Origin: Octopus sinensis
Taxonomy: Eukaryota
DNA length: 64,000 nucleotides
Assembly (NCBI RefSeq): GCF_006345805.1
Contig: NC_043018.1
Span: 2,170,001-2,234,000, forward strand
Direction of reading: 5' to 3'
The notes under the pieces are model-generated. The model had not been told where the DNA came from. It was given only the letters and a program-made list of their open reading frames with translations, and searched no databases. How positions within the stretch are numbered: the first letter of the stretch is position 1; every line of letters starts with the position of its first letter. Of this stretch, positions 37,506 to 50,541 are shown in pieces. Made by a program: the position numbers and the translations under genes.

Positions 37506-39574
37506 TGACGATTTTTGTATCAATATAAATTGATAATGCTTCAACAATCTAGTCGTAACTAAAGAAAGTTAGAAAAAAATATTAGTGAGTTTCGTTTTCA
37601 TTAGTATAGGGAGTATGGGAATGAAATAATTGACATATTTTTGTATTATTCTGAGCTCGGGCCGAGGAAATATAATTGTGAAGAGATAAAAGCATCCCCG
37701 AACACCACCCACGCAGGATGAGAGGCGTACTATCGAAAGTATGATGCTGTAAGAATATCATTAGATCTTTTGAAATAACACCCCTATCCCTCATAAACTG
37801 AACTGTAGCGTTTTGTATATTAATTGACACATTAATTAATGTATTCCCGTATGAACATTGTTTAATGAAGCATGCACAAAAGAAATCCTGGCAAGAGCAC
37901 GTTCTGTCATAGATCAGGCCTATTCATCATTAACTGCAAATGACAAAACAGTAGGTTCGTATGTGCTAACGTTTCTATATTGCTTTGAGCATGAAAATAC
38001 GGTTAATTAAACATCAACAAAACTGCATGTATGTCAGTATTAAACCCTTTAATGATTAAATTATAAAAAAAGACTGAAAATAATTAATTAATGTATAATA
38101 TAAAATGAATAATGGTTATATTTTAAAGAAAGTAACGTAATAAAATTATGTTCTTTTCAGCAGAAATTTAGCATTATTTACATGTTCTTTTTTATGCATT
38201 TTTTACGGTTAAGATATATATTTATTCTTACTTCACAGTTTATTAATACTCCACTGATTAATGTTCGACAATATCACTGTACCATTACGTAAACAAAGCT
38301 GTACTATTCGCCATTTTGTTTTATTTCTTTTATGAAATAACATTGCGTAATTTTCTTTGATTAGTTCGGAAGGCAGGGATAAGCGATCTCTGGTGGCATT
38401 GAAGGGAGACGAAAGTAGTTGAGATATTGATTGTGAGCTGCTGAAACCCCAGCCGTTTAATCAGCGGTGGGATTTAATTTCACAGTGATATTGAATCCGC
38501 TTTAAACATTTGTGCAAATATATCAATAGTTAAAGAAAGAAACCGGGAGAGTATCTTTCATTTCAATCAAAGTTCTCCCTTATCGAACTCGCACCTTTAT
38601 AAATCAATGATAATGAACATGCTCTAACCAATTTAAGCACGTTTTGAGAAAGGCGAAGGTCCCACGACGGTTATTTCAGTAATTAGGTGCCGGTGAAGAT
38701 TAAGAACTTTGCTGCCCAAAATGTCTTCATCATCCACCGAAGTGAAATGAAATTACAAGTAGCAGGCATTGAAATTGCCTCTATTCATATCACCGCTTAT
38801 CGGAACGTTACTTACAATTCTGAACAGCATAGTGTTTTATGATAATATGCGCAAGTTCCACATGTTGTAGATGTACATATTTTTATTGCAATGAATATAT
38901 ATAAACATATTCATTCTATTTGTTTCATTGCAATAAATACTTGAATTATATCTGTCACAGTTTAAATTGCTCAGAGCGTAACGATGTTAATTGTTGCATT
39001 ATGGTAAACGTTAAAATTGTGTTTTCTGTATCATTCAATATTTAAATGTTGCTATAAAAGTGACATTTAATCACATACCGTAGCATGCAAATTAATATCA
39101 AAGATTTCTGGCTGTCACAAAGTTATATAATTTAGCTGTGGATACTCTCATTAAAAGAAAGCAAATTATAGCGCTGGGTCACGGTATTTACCCGTTCAAA
39201 TCTCACAATGGTTAAATTATTTTCAACCGCTGGAGTAGACAACAAAGTAGTAATTAAGGGAAGAAGCTTGGCAGAAATCTCAGATCGATGGGCGAGGTGC
39301 ATTATGGTCCCTGTATCACCGCATTGCCTTCTGACGGCAGCACTTCTAACGGCAAAGGTGTCAGGGTAATAGGTAACGTCCTTGCCTGTTGACCTGATCG
39401 CTGGTATTGAAAGGGGAGACTTTGAAGCGTGAACAACTGCCAGGCTTCAACACAAAACCAAGAACATGTATGCCCATGGCCGTAAAATGGATGGCGCAGA
39501 AGCTCTTGAAATACTGTCAATTACTTCGTCACTACTTCCGTGAGTAGAATTCAAACTAATACAGTTCTATATCT

Positions 39575-39748
39575 AAGAGACGAGGGATTATGTACTCTAT
39601 TTACATTATTTACATTTGACCGATATTTGTCCTCATCTTGTTTGTTGTTAACACAACATTTCGGCCGATACACCCTCCAGCCTTCTTCAGGTGTCTTGGA
39701 GAAATTTCAAACCTGGGTTCTCATTTCGAAGGTATTTTTTGATGTTAA

Positions 39749-39750
<2 letters not shown>
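39575..39750 (-). mobile_element. Hammerhead-bearing module, inverted copy of 40310-40480
   Basis: Minus strand reads AACATCAAAAAATACC..GAACCCAGGTTTGAAATT..GACACCTGAAGAAGGCTGGAGGGTGTATCGGCCGAAATGTTGTGTTAACAAC..GATGAGGACAAATATC..AATGTAAATAATGTAAAT. Confidence 0.85.
39650..39695 (-). ncRNA. Minimal type I hammerhead ribozyme with a helix III C>T change
   Basis: GACAC / CTGAAGA+A / GGCTG..CGGCC / GAA / ATGT / T / GTGTT. Confidence 0.65.
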
Positions 39751-39815
<65 letters not shown>

Positions 39816-39816
<1 letters not shown>

Positions 39817-40146
39817 TGTGTTTGACTTTTGCTTTATATTTGTACAAGTTGGCTTTAAGTCTCACCCAGAGACCTCAAGAGACAACAGGTTGGAAGTTCA
39901 TGTTGTTGTTATGCCTAGTGTGCCATATATTTGGGTTTTTTATGTTTTGTACTAGTGAATGTCCTCCCCCACAAAAAAAAAAAAAATTAAAAAAATTAAA
40001 AAAAACGAAAATTGTATTTGTTTTAAACCCTGAGATTATATAAAATGTATTTTACGTAGGATATGAGCAGTTCCCATGAGCACTATCTTTTGAATTTCGT
40101 CCATTTTGGGTCTTCTTGGTATCTGAGTTAGGTAGCAATCAACCCC

Positions 40147-40149
<3 letters not shown>
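39816..40149 (-). pseudogene. R4/Dong-type retrotransposon extreme 3' end in (AAT)n
   Basis: YLTQIPRRPKMDEIQKIVLMGTAHILRKI followed by a 3' UTR, with (AAT)n on both sides. Confidence 0.85.
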
Positions 40150-40181
<32 letters not shown>

Positions 40182-40199
40182 CCCTACATCGTATGCCAC

Positions 40200-40480
40200 G
40201 GGCATATAGCATCGTGGTTAAGAGCGCGGGCTTCTAACACCAAGATTCCGAGTTCGATTCCAGGCAGTAACCTGAATAATAATGATAGTAAAAACAACAA
40301 CAACAACAATAATAATAATAACATCGAAAAATACCATAGGAATAAGAACCTAGGTTCGAAATTTACCCAAAACACCTGATGAAGGCTGGAGGGTATATCA
40401 GCCGAAACGTTGTGTAACAACAAAGATGAGGACAAATATCCATCAAATGTAAATAATGTAAATAACGTAAATAATGTAAA
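40200..40480 (+). mobile_element. tRNA-headed SINE-like element with hammerhead ribozyme and (AATGTAAAT)n tail
   Basis: A-box-like TAGCATCGTGG at 40207-40217, B box GAGTTCGATTCC at 40250-40261, (AAT/AAC)n spacer, HHR at 40372-40415 and four 9-bp tail units. Confidence 0.75.
40372..40415 (+). ncRNA. Minimal type I hammerhead ribozyme with canonical core
   Basis: ACAC / CTGATGA+A / GGCTG-GAGGGTATAT-CAGCC / GAA / ACGT palindrome / T / GTGT. Predicted cleavage after 40411 (GUU). Confidence 0.8.
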
Positions 40481-41694
40481 TTCACCCTAAGCTTCATTGA
40501 TGAGTTCAGAACAATACTAATACTTTACAGGAGTTGTCTCCCGCACTTTCGGGATTAATGAAAATTACATTAGTCATTGACTAATAGCATTCTTTTTGTT
40601 CCTTACTCACATAATTACTTGCAAGGAAGTTAAAACTTTGGTATGAATTATATTAAGAGAATTTATGTAAATAATGGTATTACTATAGTTTCATACATCT
40701 TGAACTATGTTCTATAAATACTTATATTATTTTGTGAGATATCTAAGAGTTCACATATGGAGGGAGGAAATAAAATGTTATGTTTAATATTTCCATATAA
40801 TTCATAAAGTGGAGGTGGAGCGCAAATATTTGTAAATCCCGAAATGCCTAGCTGCAATTTTCCAAATTCTGAATATACATCAATACCATAAAATAAATTT
40901 CAATAAATTAAAGAAAATGATGGTTCCAATAATTATAAACATTCACACAGAGTACCTGAACACTTGACTATTATTTTTAGAGCATCGTATCTTATTACGC
41001 CTAGCATAATAAGCGTTCCATTCCGTACCTGTATCATGGAAATTTCCCCTCTTTTCAAGAAAAAGGAAAGACAGATTTCAGGGAGTTTCGCTGCAATTCC
41101 TTACATGTAAGACAACCTCTCACAGGATGATTTATCGACCCTGATTGAAATCAGAATTTAAAGAAACGGAAAAAAAAAAAACACCGGAACTGCATTTACA
41201 CCACCAATTTTACTCTTCTGTCAATTTCAACCGGAACAAATCTGTCAAAACTCTTTGGATTCACATAGATTTCTGAGCAGATATATATATTTTTTCTGGC
41301 GTATTGCTTAAAGCACTAAAGGGATTTGCTGGTTGCGCTTTTATCAATTTTACAGATAAGGATTTGAATAGTTCATTCTCGTAGGATTGCAACTCTGAAC
41401 AAATAATTAAGACTAAAGTTTCACTAGAAATATAAAAAAAATACTTATTGATGTTTGTTAGAACTAACAGAAAAGTCGTTGCTATTCACCGGATATGTGT
41501 ATGTTAGATATTTACTTAATACATACGTACAGAGAAAAAGTGAGACAGCTACAGAGTGTAATGCTAATGTATAGACGTATACACACAATTTAGAAATAAA
41601 AATAGCTTCAGTATGGTGTTAGATATACTCATAAACCCACACATATAAACACACACATACATATCTGTCAGTCGATTTGCCTGTCTGTCAACAA

Positions 41695-41708
41695 ATTATC
41701 TATCTATG

Positions 41709-41796
<88 letters not shown>

Positions 41797-41805
41797 AATG
41801 TATCA

Positions 41806-41836
<31 letters not shown>

Positions 41837-41878
41837 GATCTATCTATCTATCTATCTGTCTGTCTGTCTGTCTGTCTG

Positions 41879-41913
<35 letters not shown>

Positions 41914-41957
41914 GATCTATCTATCTATCTATCTATCTATCTGTCTGTCTATCTGTC

Positions 41958-42002
<45 letters not shown>

Positions 42003-42040
42003 TCTATCTGTCTGTCTATCTATCTATCTATCTATCTATA
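41695..42040. repeat. (ATCT)n/(GTCT)n microsatellite
   Basis: Direct reading. Confidence 0.95.
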
Positions 42041-42634
42041 TATATATATATATATTGGTGAGAGAAATATGAAAATAGAGGTTGCTATATATGCATACAT
42101 ATACACGCATGTAAATATACACACACACGCACACACAAACACAAACACACGCACATACAAACACACGCACATACATATATGCATGTATCTTAAAATATAT
42201 ATCATAATTGTTATGCATATCTTTTAGGCATACGCTTATATATACACATCTACGCGCGTATTTTCTATAGATATGAAAACATACGCACGCACACAGCGCC
42301 ACATAACCCGCGTATTTTGCGTACAAACCCACAGACTTATATATGCATACATGTGTTTGAAAGAGATTAATATTCATATATGACTGCAAACACTCGCAAA
42401 AAAAAAAATTTACAAGCACTTGCATATAACATAGCGCAGCGGAATAGTCATCGCTCTATGAATTCTTCCTTTAGTTATACAAATACGATCGTGTGTCCCT
42501 CTGTGAGTATATGTAATCAAACATATCTGTTTGTATGGATATATGCATATGCGTATACGTGTAAATACATACACAAATGTGCATGCATACACACACTTAT
42601 ATATCTATATATATACGCAAACACATTCATACAG

Positions 42635-42685
<51 letters not shown>

Positions 42686-42800
42686 GTACGTGTGTGTGCC
42701 TCTGTATGAGTGTCTGTGCGTGTGCATGTATGTGTATGTATATATATGTGCATATATATATATATATATACAAATATATATTTGTATATATATATATATG

Positions 42801-42855
<55 letters not shown>

Positions 42856-42966
42856 GCACATATATATATATATGTATGTATGTGTGTTTGTGTCTATGTA
42901 TGTGTATGTATATAGATATACATTCGAGTGTGTCTCTCTAATATATATATATGTGCATATATATTA

Positions 42967-43015
<49 letters not shown>

Positions 43016-43627
43016 ATGTATGTATATCTATCTATCTATATCTATCTACATGTACATATATGTACACACACACACATAGAGAGAGAGTGAGTGTGTGATG
43101 GGGAAGGAGAGATTGACATAATTATTGACATATATATGCAGGAAAGTGTACCTATATGTATATACATACACATATATATATATATATATATACACATACA
43201 TATATATATACATACATATATATATATATATTGATATACATAATCATATGAATATATATGCAAGCACACACACACACACACACACACACAGCCATGCACA
43301 CATGTAGTAAATCATAAAGGTTTCTTTCTAAAACACTATTCTGCACATGACGTTCCTCATATCTTTAGGTCTTTTGCAGAGATTAGTTACACACATTTCA
43401 CCCCATTTCATTTTTCCCTCGCTTCTCTACTCTTCCCATTATCGAAGCTTGCCTGCTCTAACACTTCTCTCGCGGCATTTACTCACTATAAACATACACG
43501 TCTCTCTAAAGTACTACCGTAGCCGAAAGACTACAAGCTATGCTTCCGTAATTCGGTGATTTAATTATGGAATGCCAAATCACGTTTGTTTGTCTTAAGC
43601 ACCATTTTGTATAGATGTATATATATA

Positions 43628-43659
<32 letters not shown>

Positions 43660-43777
43660 CACCTCTATGTACATATGTGTGTGTATAGAGAGAGGGGGAG
43701 GAGGGAAAAGGAGGCATATACCTAGATAGATATTCTTTTCTTCTCGGTCCATAATTATCTTTTTCTCACTTCCTCTT

Positions 43778-43808
<31 letters not shown>

Positions 43809-43838
43809 GTATATATATATATATATTTGTACATATGT

Positions 43839-43873
<35 letters not shown>

Positions 43874-43961
43874 TGTATATATGTATATATGTATATATAT
43901 ATATATTTGTATGCATGTATGTATATATATTATATATATATTATATATATATATATTATAT

Positions 43962-44009
<48 letters not shown>

Positions 44010-44594
44010 CATGCATACAAATATATATATACATGAATATTTATACCTCTTTATTCATCGTGTCTCCACATTTTGCCTTTGCCATCTTACAATACATGCA
44101 CACACAAATAAATACATATACACGTGTATAAGCACACACACACACACACACACACGCACCCACGCACCCACGCACACATAGAGATAGATAGATAAATGGA
44201 TAGGCCGACAGTTATATATGTATGTAAGTGCATAAAATATCCTCTCACAATATGCGAAAGTTTACCTTGATCCGTTAGTAAATCTAGTTGGATGTTAGTT
44301 TCATGTTTCTGCCCGCGTAAACATTGTTACTCAGCTGGGAGTGAAAGTGAAAGAAAACTGAACTGAAGCGTGATAAAGTAAGGAAACAGAACATGAGTTC
44401 AACATAATCACGTTTTTCATTTTCAAGTATTATCTCTGTAGCTTACAGTTTAAATCGAGAGCCCCAGTGGCATTTCTTTCTCTACCGTTGATTTATATTA
44501 AATCCTTGAGAGATTCAAAAATATCCTTGAGAGATTCCAAGGAATGTTATACCTTTATATTATTGGTTTCAAAAACTTGATACAAAACCGGCAA

Positions 44595-44775
44595 TTGCGT
44601 GGGAAGAAGGCAGTCGATCATTTCGACCCCAGTGTTCAGCTGGTACCTATTTTATCGACCCCGAAAAGATGAAAGGCAAAGTTGACCGCGGTGGAATTCG
44701 AACTCAGAATGTAAAGACGAACGAAACAGAGTAAATCATTTTATCCATCGTATTAATGATTCTCCCAACTCGCCC
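44595..44775 (-). mobile_element. tRNA-derived SINE (family B)
   Basis: TCGACCCCAGTGTTCAGCTGGTACCTATTTTATCGACCCCGAAAAGATGAAAGGCAAAGTTGACC, GGAATTCGAACTC and CAACTCGCC. Confidence 0.85.
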
Positions 44776-45336
44776 TTTGTCTCATTGGACAGCATAATGA
44801 TTAATTAATTAGTGCATCAGTAGTAGTAGTGGTAGTAATCATAGCTGTGGTGGTGGTAGTTGTATTTGTAATAGTAGAATTAATAGTAGTGCAACTAGTT
44901 ACAGAACCATCAACATGGAAATGATATTATGAATGGCCGGGTTCTTACCGTTGTCTTGTTTTATTTCCAACCTCACATTAATTCTAGACAAACACACCTC
45001 TGAGTCAAAGATGGTCCCACGGCAACCATCCTAACATTAGACATGTCTGAGAATGCATCATCTGATTTAAACTGAATAACAAAGCGATACATTAGATTCT
45101 AACTTATCGTTCCATCTTATTCATCGTTAGCATGGAAATCATGGAAAATTTGACTGTTATTTCGTGCTGAACATGTTAATGGATTACGCCTTTACCATTC
45201 GTTCGTTGTATTTGCTGTTGGTATTAAATAAAATAATTAAAACGAGATATCTCAAGGTATCCAGTGGTATAAAGTTGGATAATAAATACCCTTGGCAGAG
45301 AATGTAGTGCAACTTTTTCTATATAAAATTGTTCAT

Positions 45337-45560
45337 GTGAAGGTGCGTGACTTTGTGGTTAATGAACTCGACTCACGATCGTTAGGTTATGAGTTCAATA
45401 CCCGGGGGTGTGTTGTGCCCTTCAGCAACCCAGTTTATTTCAAGTTGCTGCCGAACACATAGCTGGCGTAGATGAATAGTAACTGTATTCCAAAGGATCA
45501 GCCTTGTTCCTTCTTTGTCTTGATGAACCCTTATCGTCGTAACCGACGGGGAACCAGTTT
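45337..45560 (+). mobile_element. tRNA-derived SINE (family C head/body) with the tail end of the 52671 element
   Basis: GAAGGTGCGTGACTTTGTGGTT, GAGTTCAATACCC, CTGTATTCCAAAGGATCAGCCTTGT and GAACCCTTATCGTCGTAACCGACGG. Confidence 0.75.
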
Positions 45561-46011
45561 TTAAACAATTGTTCATAATGTTAGGAATTTAGAAGGACAA
45601 TGCTATTCTGATAATGCCAAGCCAATACCAATATCTGACCATACCGATCCCTTGCCTCCAAGAAACGACAAATATCTCCTTTTTCTCTAAATATGTTTAC
45701 TGGGGTGTGAAATTAGATTTAATTTCTTGTAATTATCTCTTTTTGACTCATTCAGCGTTGCTTGAAATTATGGTATGTGATTTGCTTTCCATGGGCATCG
45801 ACTCACCTGCACACACAAATATACACACGTACACACACACGTAAAATCACACACGTACATATACATACATACACACACACGTACATACATACACGTACAC
45901 ACACTCATATAATAATTGTAAACAAAGATCACAAGGATAATTTAAAGAAATCATTAGAATTGTCTTACAGCTGTTTCTGTGTTTTAAGCGCAAACTTGAT
46001 CAACGATCAAA

Positions 46012-46522
46012 TCTATATATATAAAACTGTAGTCGTGTGAGTGTCTGTCCCCTTCGATTTAGATTCCTAACTACTCCCACATTTTGCGGTGCAGTTTAAC
46101 CAAATTCGGGTATCTTATAGTCGTGATTCATATCGAGCCCGTCTGAGTATTAGCGCGCGTCTACGATGAGTCTACGATTTAAAGAATAATTTAACATAAT
46201 TTTTTATTCCATTTTAATGCATAATTTTTCGTGTGTCGATGGCGGCGGAGTTGGCGTCCACGCTCAAACACCTGCACCTGTTTGCTTCTCCCCTTCCCTC
46301 CCTCGTGAAGCTGTGGGGAAGGGAGTGTAAGGAAATCAACGTCGTAAAGCGTTGTCAAGGAGACCAGCGTTCTTTTAGAACAACGACTTCATGGCTTGAA
46401 GACACCAAAACAGAAATGGCTAAGAAAGCCCGAATTGGCATCTATAAGGGAAGTAACTCTCTAAAAATGCTTATACAGTTATTTCCCTTACAAACCCGAG
46501 CAATGCCGGGCGATACTGCTAG
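46012..46522 (+). mobile_element. Complete non-autonomous Helitron (511 bp)
   Basis: Begins TC after A. Ends CTAG (46519-46522) before T. Subterminal hairpin CCCGAGCAATGCCGGG at 46495-46510. No TSD and no Rep/helicase ORF. Confidence 0.85.
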
Positions 46523-47333
46523 TAATTTATACATAAGAAATACGTATATTGGCTTCTAATGTCGAACGTGCATAGGTAGATATAATAATCCGCACAATTA
46601 TAATAATCATAGCGATCTGGGCACATTAACGAAGGACCAGAGAAATGTTATGTCCATAATTTAATGTATATCTCCATTACATTACAATAGATATAGCAAG
46701 GAAGTGGGCATATAAATAAAAATCATTAACGTTAGTTACTGGACTACTTCTTTCATAAAACTAATTACGAACGAGAATATACGCATGTTACCGTTTTTGA
46801 CAACTTCTTCCTTTCAGAAAGTAGCACCATAAGCACAGCCCACACCCTTGGCTTGATATTATACTTTTATAGACTCTGGATAAATGAAAGGTAAAACTGC
46901 AAAAAAATGAATGTAATAGATGTAAAAGAGAATAAGAGTCGATTAAAAATCGGAGAACTAGTAAAACTTTTGGAAGTATGCCAATACGTATAAAGAAGAG
47001 GTTGGAGAATTCGACATCTATGAAGTGAAGGTAGATACGAGGGATAGTACAAACGCTCGTATAGGCTCTTCTCCACCTCTCTCTCTCTCTCTCGTTCTCT
47101 CTCACTCTCTCTCACTCTCTCTCTCGCAGTCTCTACGAGCACACGCGGAATATAATACGTATGCATTATAATATTTATATTTTATAGGTTGATACATGTT
47201 TGCATGTATGTATAATAAACATCTTTTCATGCATCTATTTATCTGCCTGTCTGTCTCTCTATCTCTCTCTTTGCCTGCTTGCTCGGCTGCCTGTCTGTCT
47301 GTCTGTCTGTATGTCTGTCTATCTATCTATCTA

Positions 47334-47431
<98 letters not shown>

Positions 47432-49590
47432 GATCTACGCTTCCAACTGTCTGAAAGGTACCGACTGGACCACCCGAATGCGCCAATGTGGACATGGAGC
47501 AACCACATCGGGTCGTCCAGATCGCATTTAGATAGAGTATTCTGTAGGACAGTGGATAAGGATAGTGTAGGTTGTGCACACTTCCATATAGTCAGCTACA
47601 GAGATCACAATATTGTGACTTGTACACTCGACTTAGATAAGACACATAGGCAGGATCCCGGTTACTGGAAGCTGAACGCGTTGTTCCCGGCACGCCAGAC
47701 TGGATTAGCACATTAGTTAAGAAAGTAATGACGGGCACCATCGTCAAAAATAAATGGTAGTATGCCCTAAAGAAAGCAATTAGAGCAGAATCGGTTAGGT
47801 ACAGTAAGGCCCTAGCATTAGGCTGAAATAGAATAGAGGAAGACCTAGTTAGGAAATTGGAAGTGGCACTGCGTCCAGCCTTGTTCCTTCTTTGTCTTGT
47901 TGAACCCTTGTCGTCGTAACCGACGGGGTGCCAGTCTTTAAAAACTTGTTTATAATGTTAGGAATTTAGAAGGACAATGCAATTCTGATAAAGCTAAGCC
48001 AATACCAAAATCTGACCATACCGATCCCTTGCCACCACTGACTGACATTGCATCCAACGTACTGGTGGTGACATGGGTCCTCGACCAACACTTCAACGCC
48101 AAACACGAAGGATGCGTTCTCAGAGCTAGGGTGCGGGCTCTGAGGAACGAAGGAGTTGGAACCACTCAAGACGCCCGAGTGGCGGAGGCGCAACGATGCA
48201 ACAAAGCCACCATTAGGTGTCGGACAGATGAGCAAGAGCGCGAATTATACGAGCCTGAAAAGATGAGTGAGGCCCTTCAACAGCAATTTGCCCGACTGTT
48301 CGGGACAACTAGTGGATCAGAACGCAGAGTGGTTTGTAGTGTCTACCTGCATGGCCTGTCACGACTCTGGGCAAGAGAGTCAGAGTGTTGTGAAGGACCC
48401 ATCACAGCCGCGAACGTACGGGATGCGATGGTAGGTTGCGTGGGAGACAAGTCGCCAGGCTTGGATGCTCTGTCCGACGAACTTTATTGTCATATGCCAG
48501 ACTTCTTTGGAGTCTTCTTGGCAGTGGTCTACTGCAACTGGCAGCAAAACGGGGGCATCCCCGTTTCTGTGAAGCGAGGAGCGGTGGCTATATAAAGATC
48601 CAAACAAGGGGAACGTCATAGATACCTTCAGGCCATCACTCTGCTTAACGCAAATTTGAAGATTAGGGCTAAGTTGTTAGCCGAAAGTTGGTACTTATAA
48701 TCGAGAAATTGGTGGACAAGGCGAGCTCGTGCGGCGTGCTGGGCAGGAGTATCCATGACAACCTCCACCTGATGCGCTACATCATAGACAGAGTAGTTAA
48801 CGCACCTGGCATTGGTGGGGCGCTGATCGATTTGGATCAATCAAAAGCTTAGAGCATCGCTTCTTGGAGGGTGTCCTTAGAGCGACTGGTTTCGTTCCCA
48901 TCTTCTGCAGTGGGATGGCTGCCTTAAACAGAGCCATCCCTTCAGTAGTTCGCGTAAACGGTCATCTGTCCAAACCATTTGACGTCACGTGTTCGGTCCG
49001 ATAACGATGACCCTCGCATCGATTCTGTACCAATTGACTCTAGAGCCACTGCTGCGGAAGCTGGTGATGCTGAGGGGCATCCTGCGAAAGAATTGGGATG
49101 CGGGAGGAACGTGTGTGCATACGCGGACCCCGTCACCGTGATAATGCCGATCCACAGGCACATAGACTGCTAAATGGAGGGTTAGGCATACATACCGCGG
49201 TTGATGATGCGCAGACTCCGGTGCTTCATAAGTGACGGTGAACAGGTGTGGTCGCCGTTTGTGAGGCGCGCTTTCCTCAAGCTCGTCTCTTTGGCTGAAC
49301 TTCAATCGTGGATCAAACAGGGATCAAGGCTAGGCAAATGGCACAGCGAGTGCCTCCTTTCTATCAAGCAACTCTGCCGTCCAGGACCAAACTTGTGCGA
49401 CCTCAATTACACGAATGCGTTCTATAGAAGATTAGTGGAGGGGGGTGCGACGACGTTCTCGGGCAGAATCTGGGCGTCGATTGGGAATACCTGACCTGCC
49501 TATTCAGGACAACCTTCAAGCCGGGAACTAAGGACAATCACCAGAGATTCTTGGTCTGATAGTGCTATCTGCTCTCGACCATACAAGGAC
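47432..49590 (+). mobile_element. Tx1-clade LINE, 5' truncated and decayed (APE C-terminus, RT, post-RT)
   Basis: RSHLDRVF..DHNIV..PGYWKLNA (APE end), CEGPIT..KSPGLDALSDELY, a frameshifted RPITLLN-like motif, GRSIHDNLHLMRYII..ALIDLDQSKA, VRVNGHLSKPF and AYADP (decayed YADD). Confidence 0.9.
47876..48033 (+). repeat. About 158-bp insert in Tx1, copy of 45499-45656
   Basis: Manual alignment gives about 14 differences in 160 bp (about 91% identity). Confidence 0.9.
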
Positions 49591-50298
49591 CTAAAATAAT
49601 TAGCCAAAAAACAGTGCATGTTTATCCAGCCATACTCATCCGCGAGAGACGGCTGGTTGTATTGTAGTATACTGTTGTACATTTACAAAGTAGGGACTGG
49701 AATTTCATACAGAGTAAAGAATATTTGTAGGCCCAAATAAAAACAGAAACGAAATAATACGAGCATAAATCGCAAAGAGATTAAGAATATCACCACGTGA
49801 CAATGAATATTACGAGGTATTGCAATTCAAAAAGCTGAACAAAATTATGAAGATACTGCAAAGTGAACATCCGGAAAGGAAGTGTCTTCTAATAGAAATG
49901 TTGCTTCAAAAAAGAATTTATCTAAATATAAAAAATCTGGAAATAGAGATAACCAGGACGTGGATACTGAAATCAGAGACTACGCTGATGACAAAACGTG
50001 CCTTTGGTGTGATTAACGCAAGATACACACAAATAAAAAGCAATAATAAATGGAAGGATTACACATATAAAGAATATGGACAGCATATCAAAACAATGCA
50101 ATCATCTCTTTAGTTCAAAACGGAAACAAAAAATCAGAAAGAACAAGAATCATTCCTCATAAGTAAATCACTCAGAGTAGTGCTTAGTTGTTCGGGGAAA
50201 GAATGCAATAAAAATAAGATTAGATTAAAACAAAAATGATATCATAATAATAACAACAACAACTATGACGATGATGGTGATGAATATTATTATTATTA

Positions 50299-50337
<39 letters not shown>

Positions 50338-50502
50338 GATGATGATGATGATGATTATGATGACAATGATGACGATTATGATCATGATAATATATTCTGT
50401 AATTCAATCCACCATCTGTTTTTATGTAATTCTATATTATGTGACAAAGACATCGTTACTAAATAGAAATATGGCAGAAATTTAATATATACATGCCACA
50501 CA

Positions 50503-50541
<39 letters not shown>

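Noticed and set aside
40200-40274. tRNA-like heads (also 54251-54325 and 905-979) as true tRNA genes
   Set aside because: Acceptor and anticodon stems do not pair fully, and each continues into SINE body sequence.
49820-50113. 97-aa ORF faintly like an RTE-clade C-terminus
   Set aside because: No diagnostic motif is intact enough to call.
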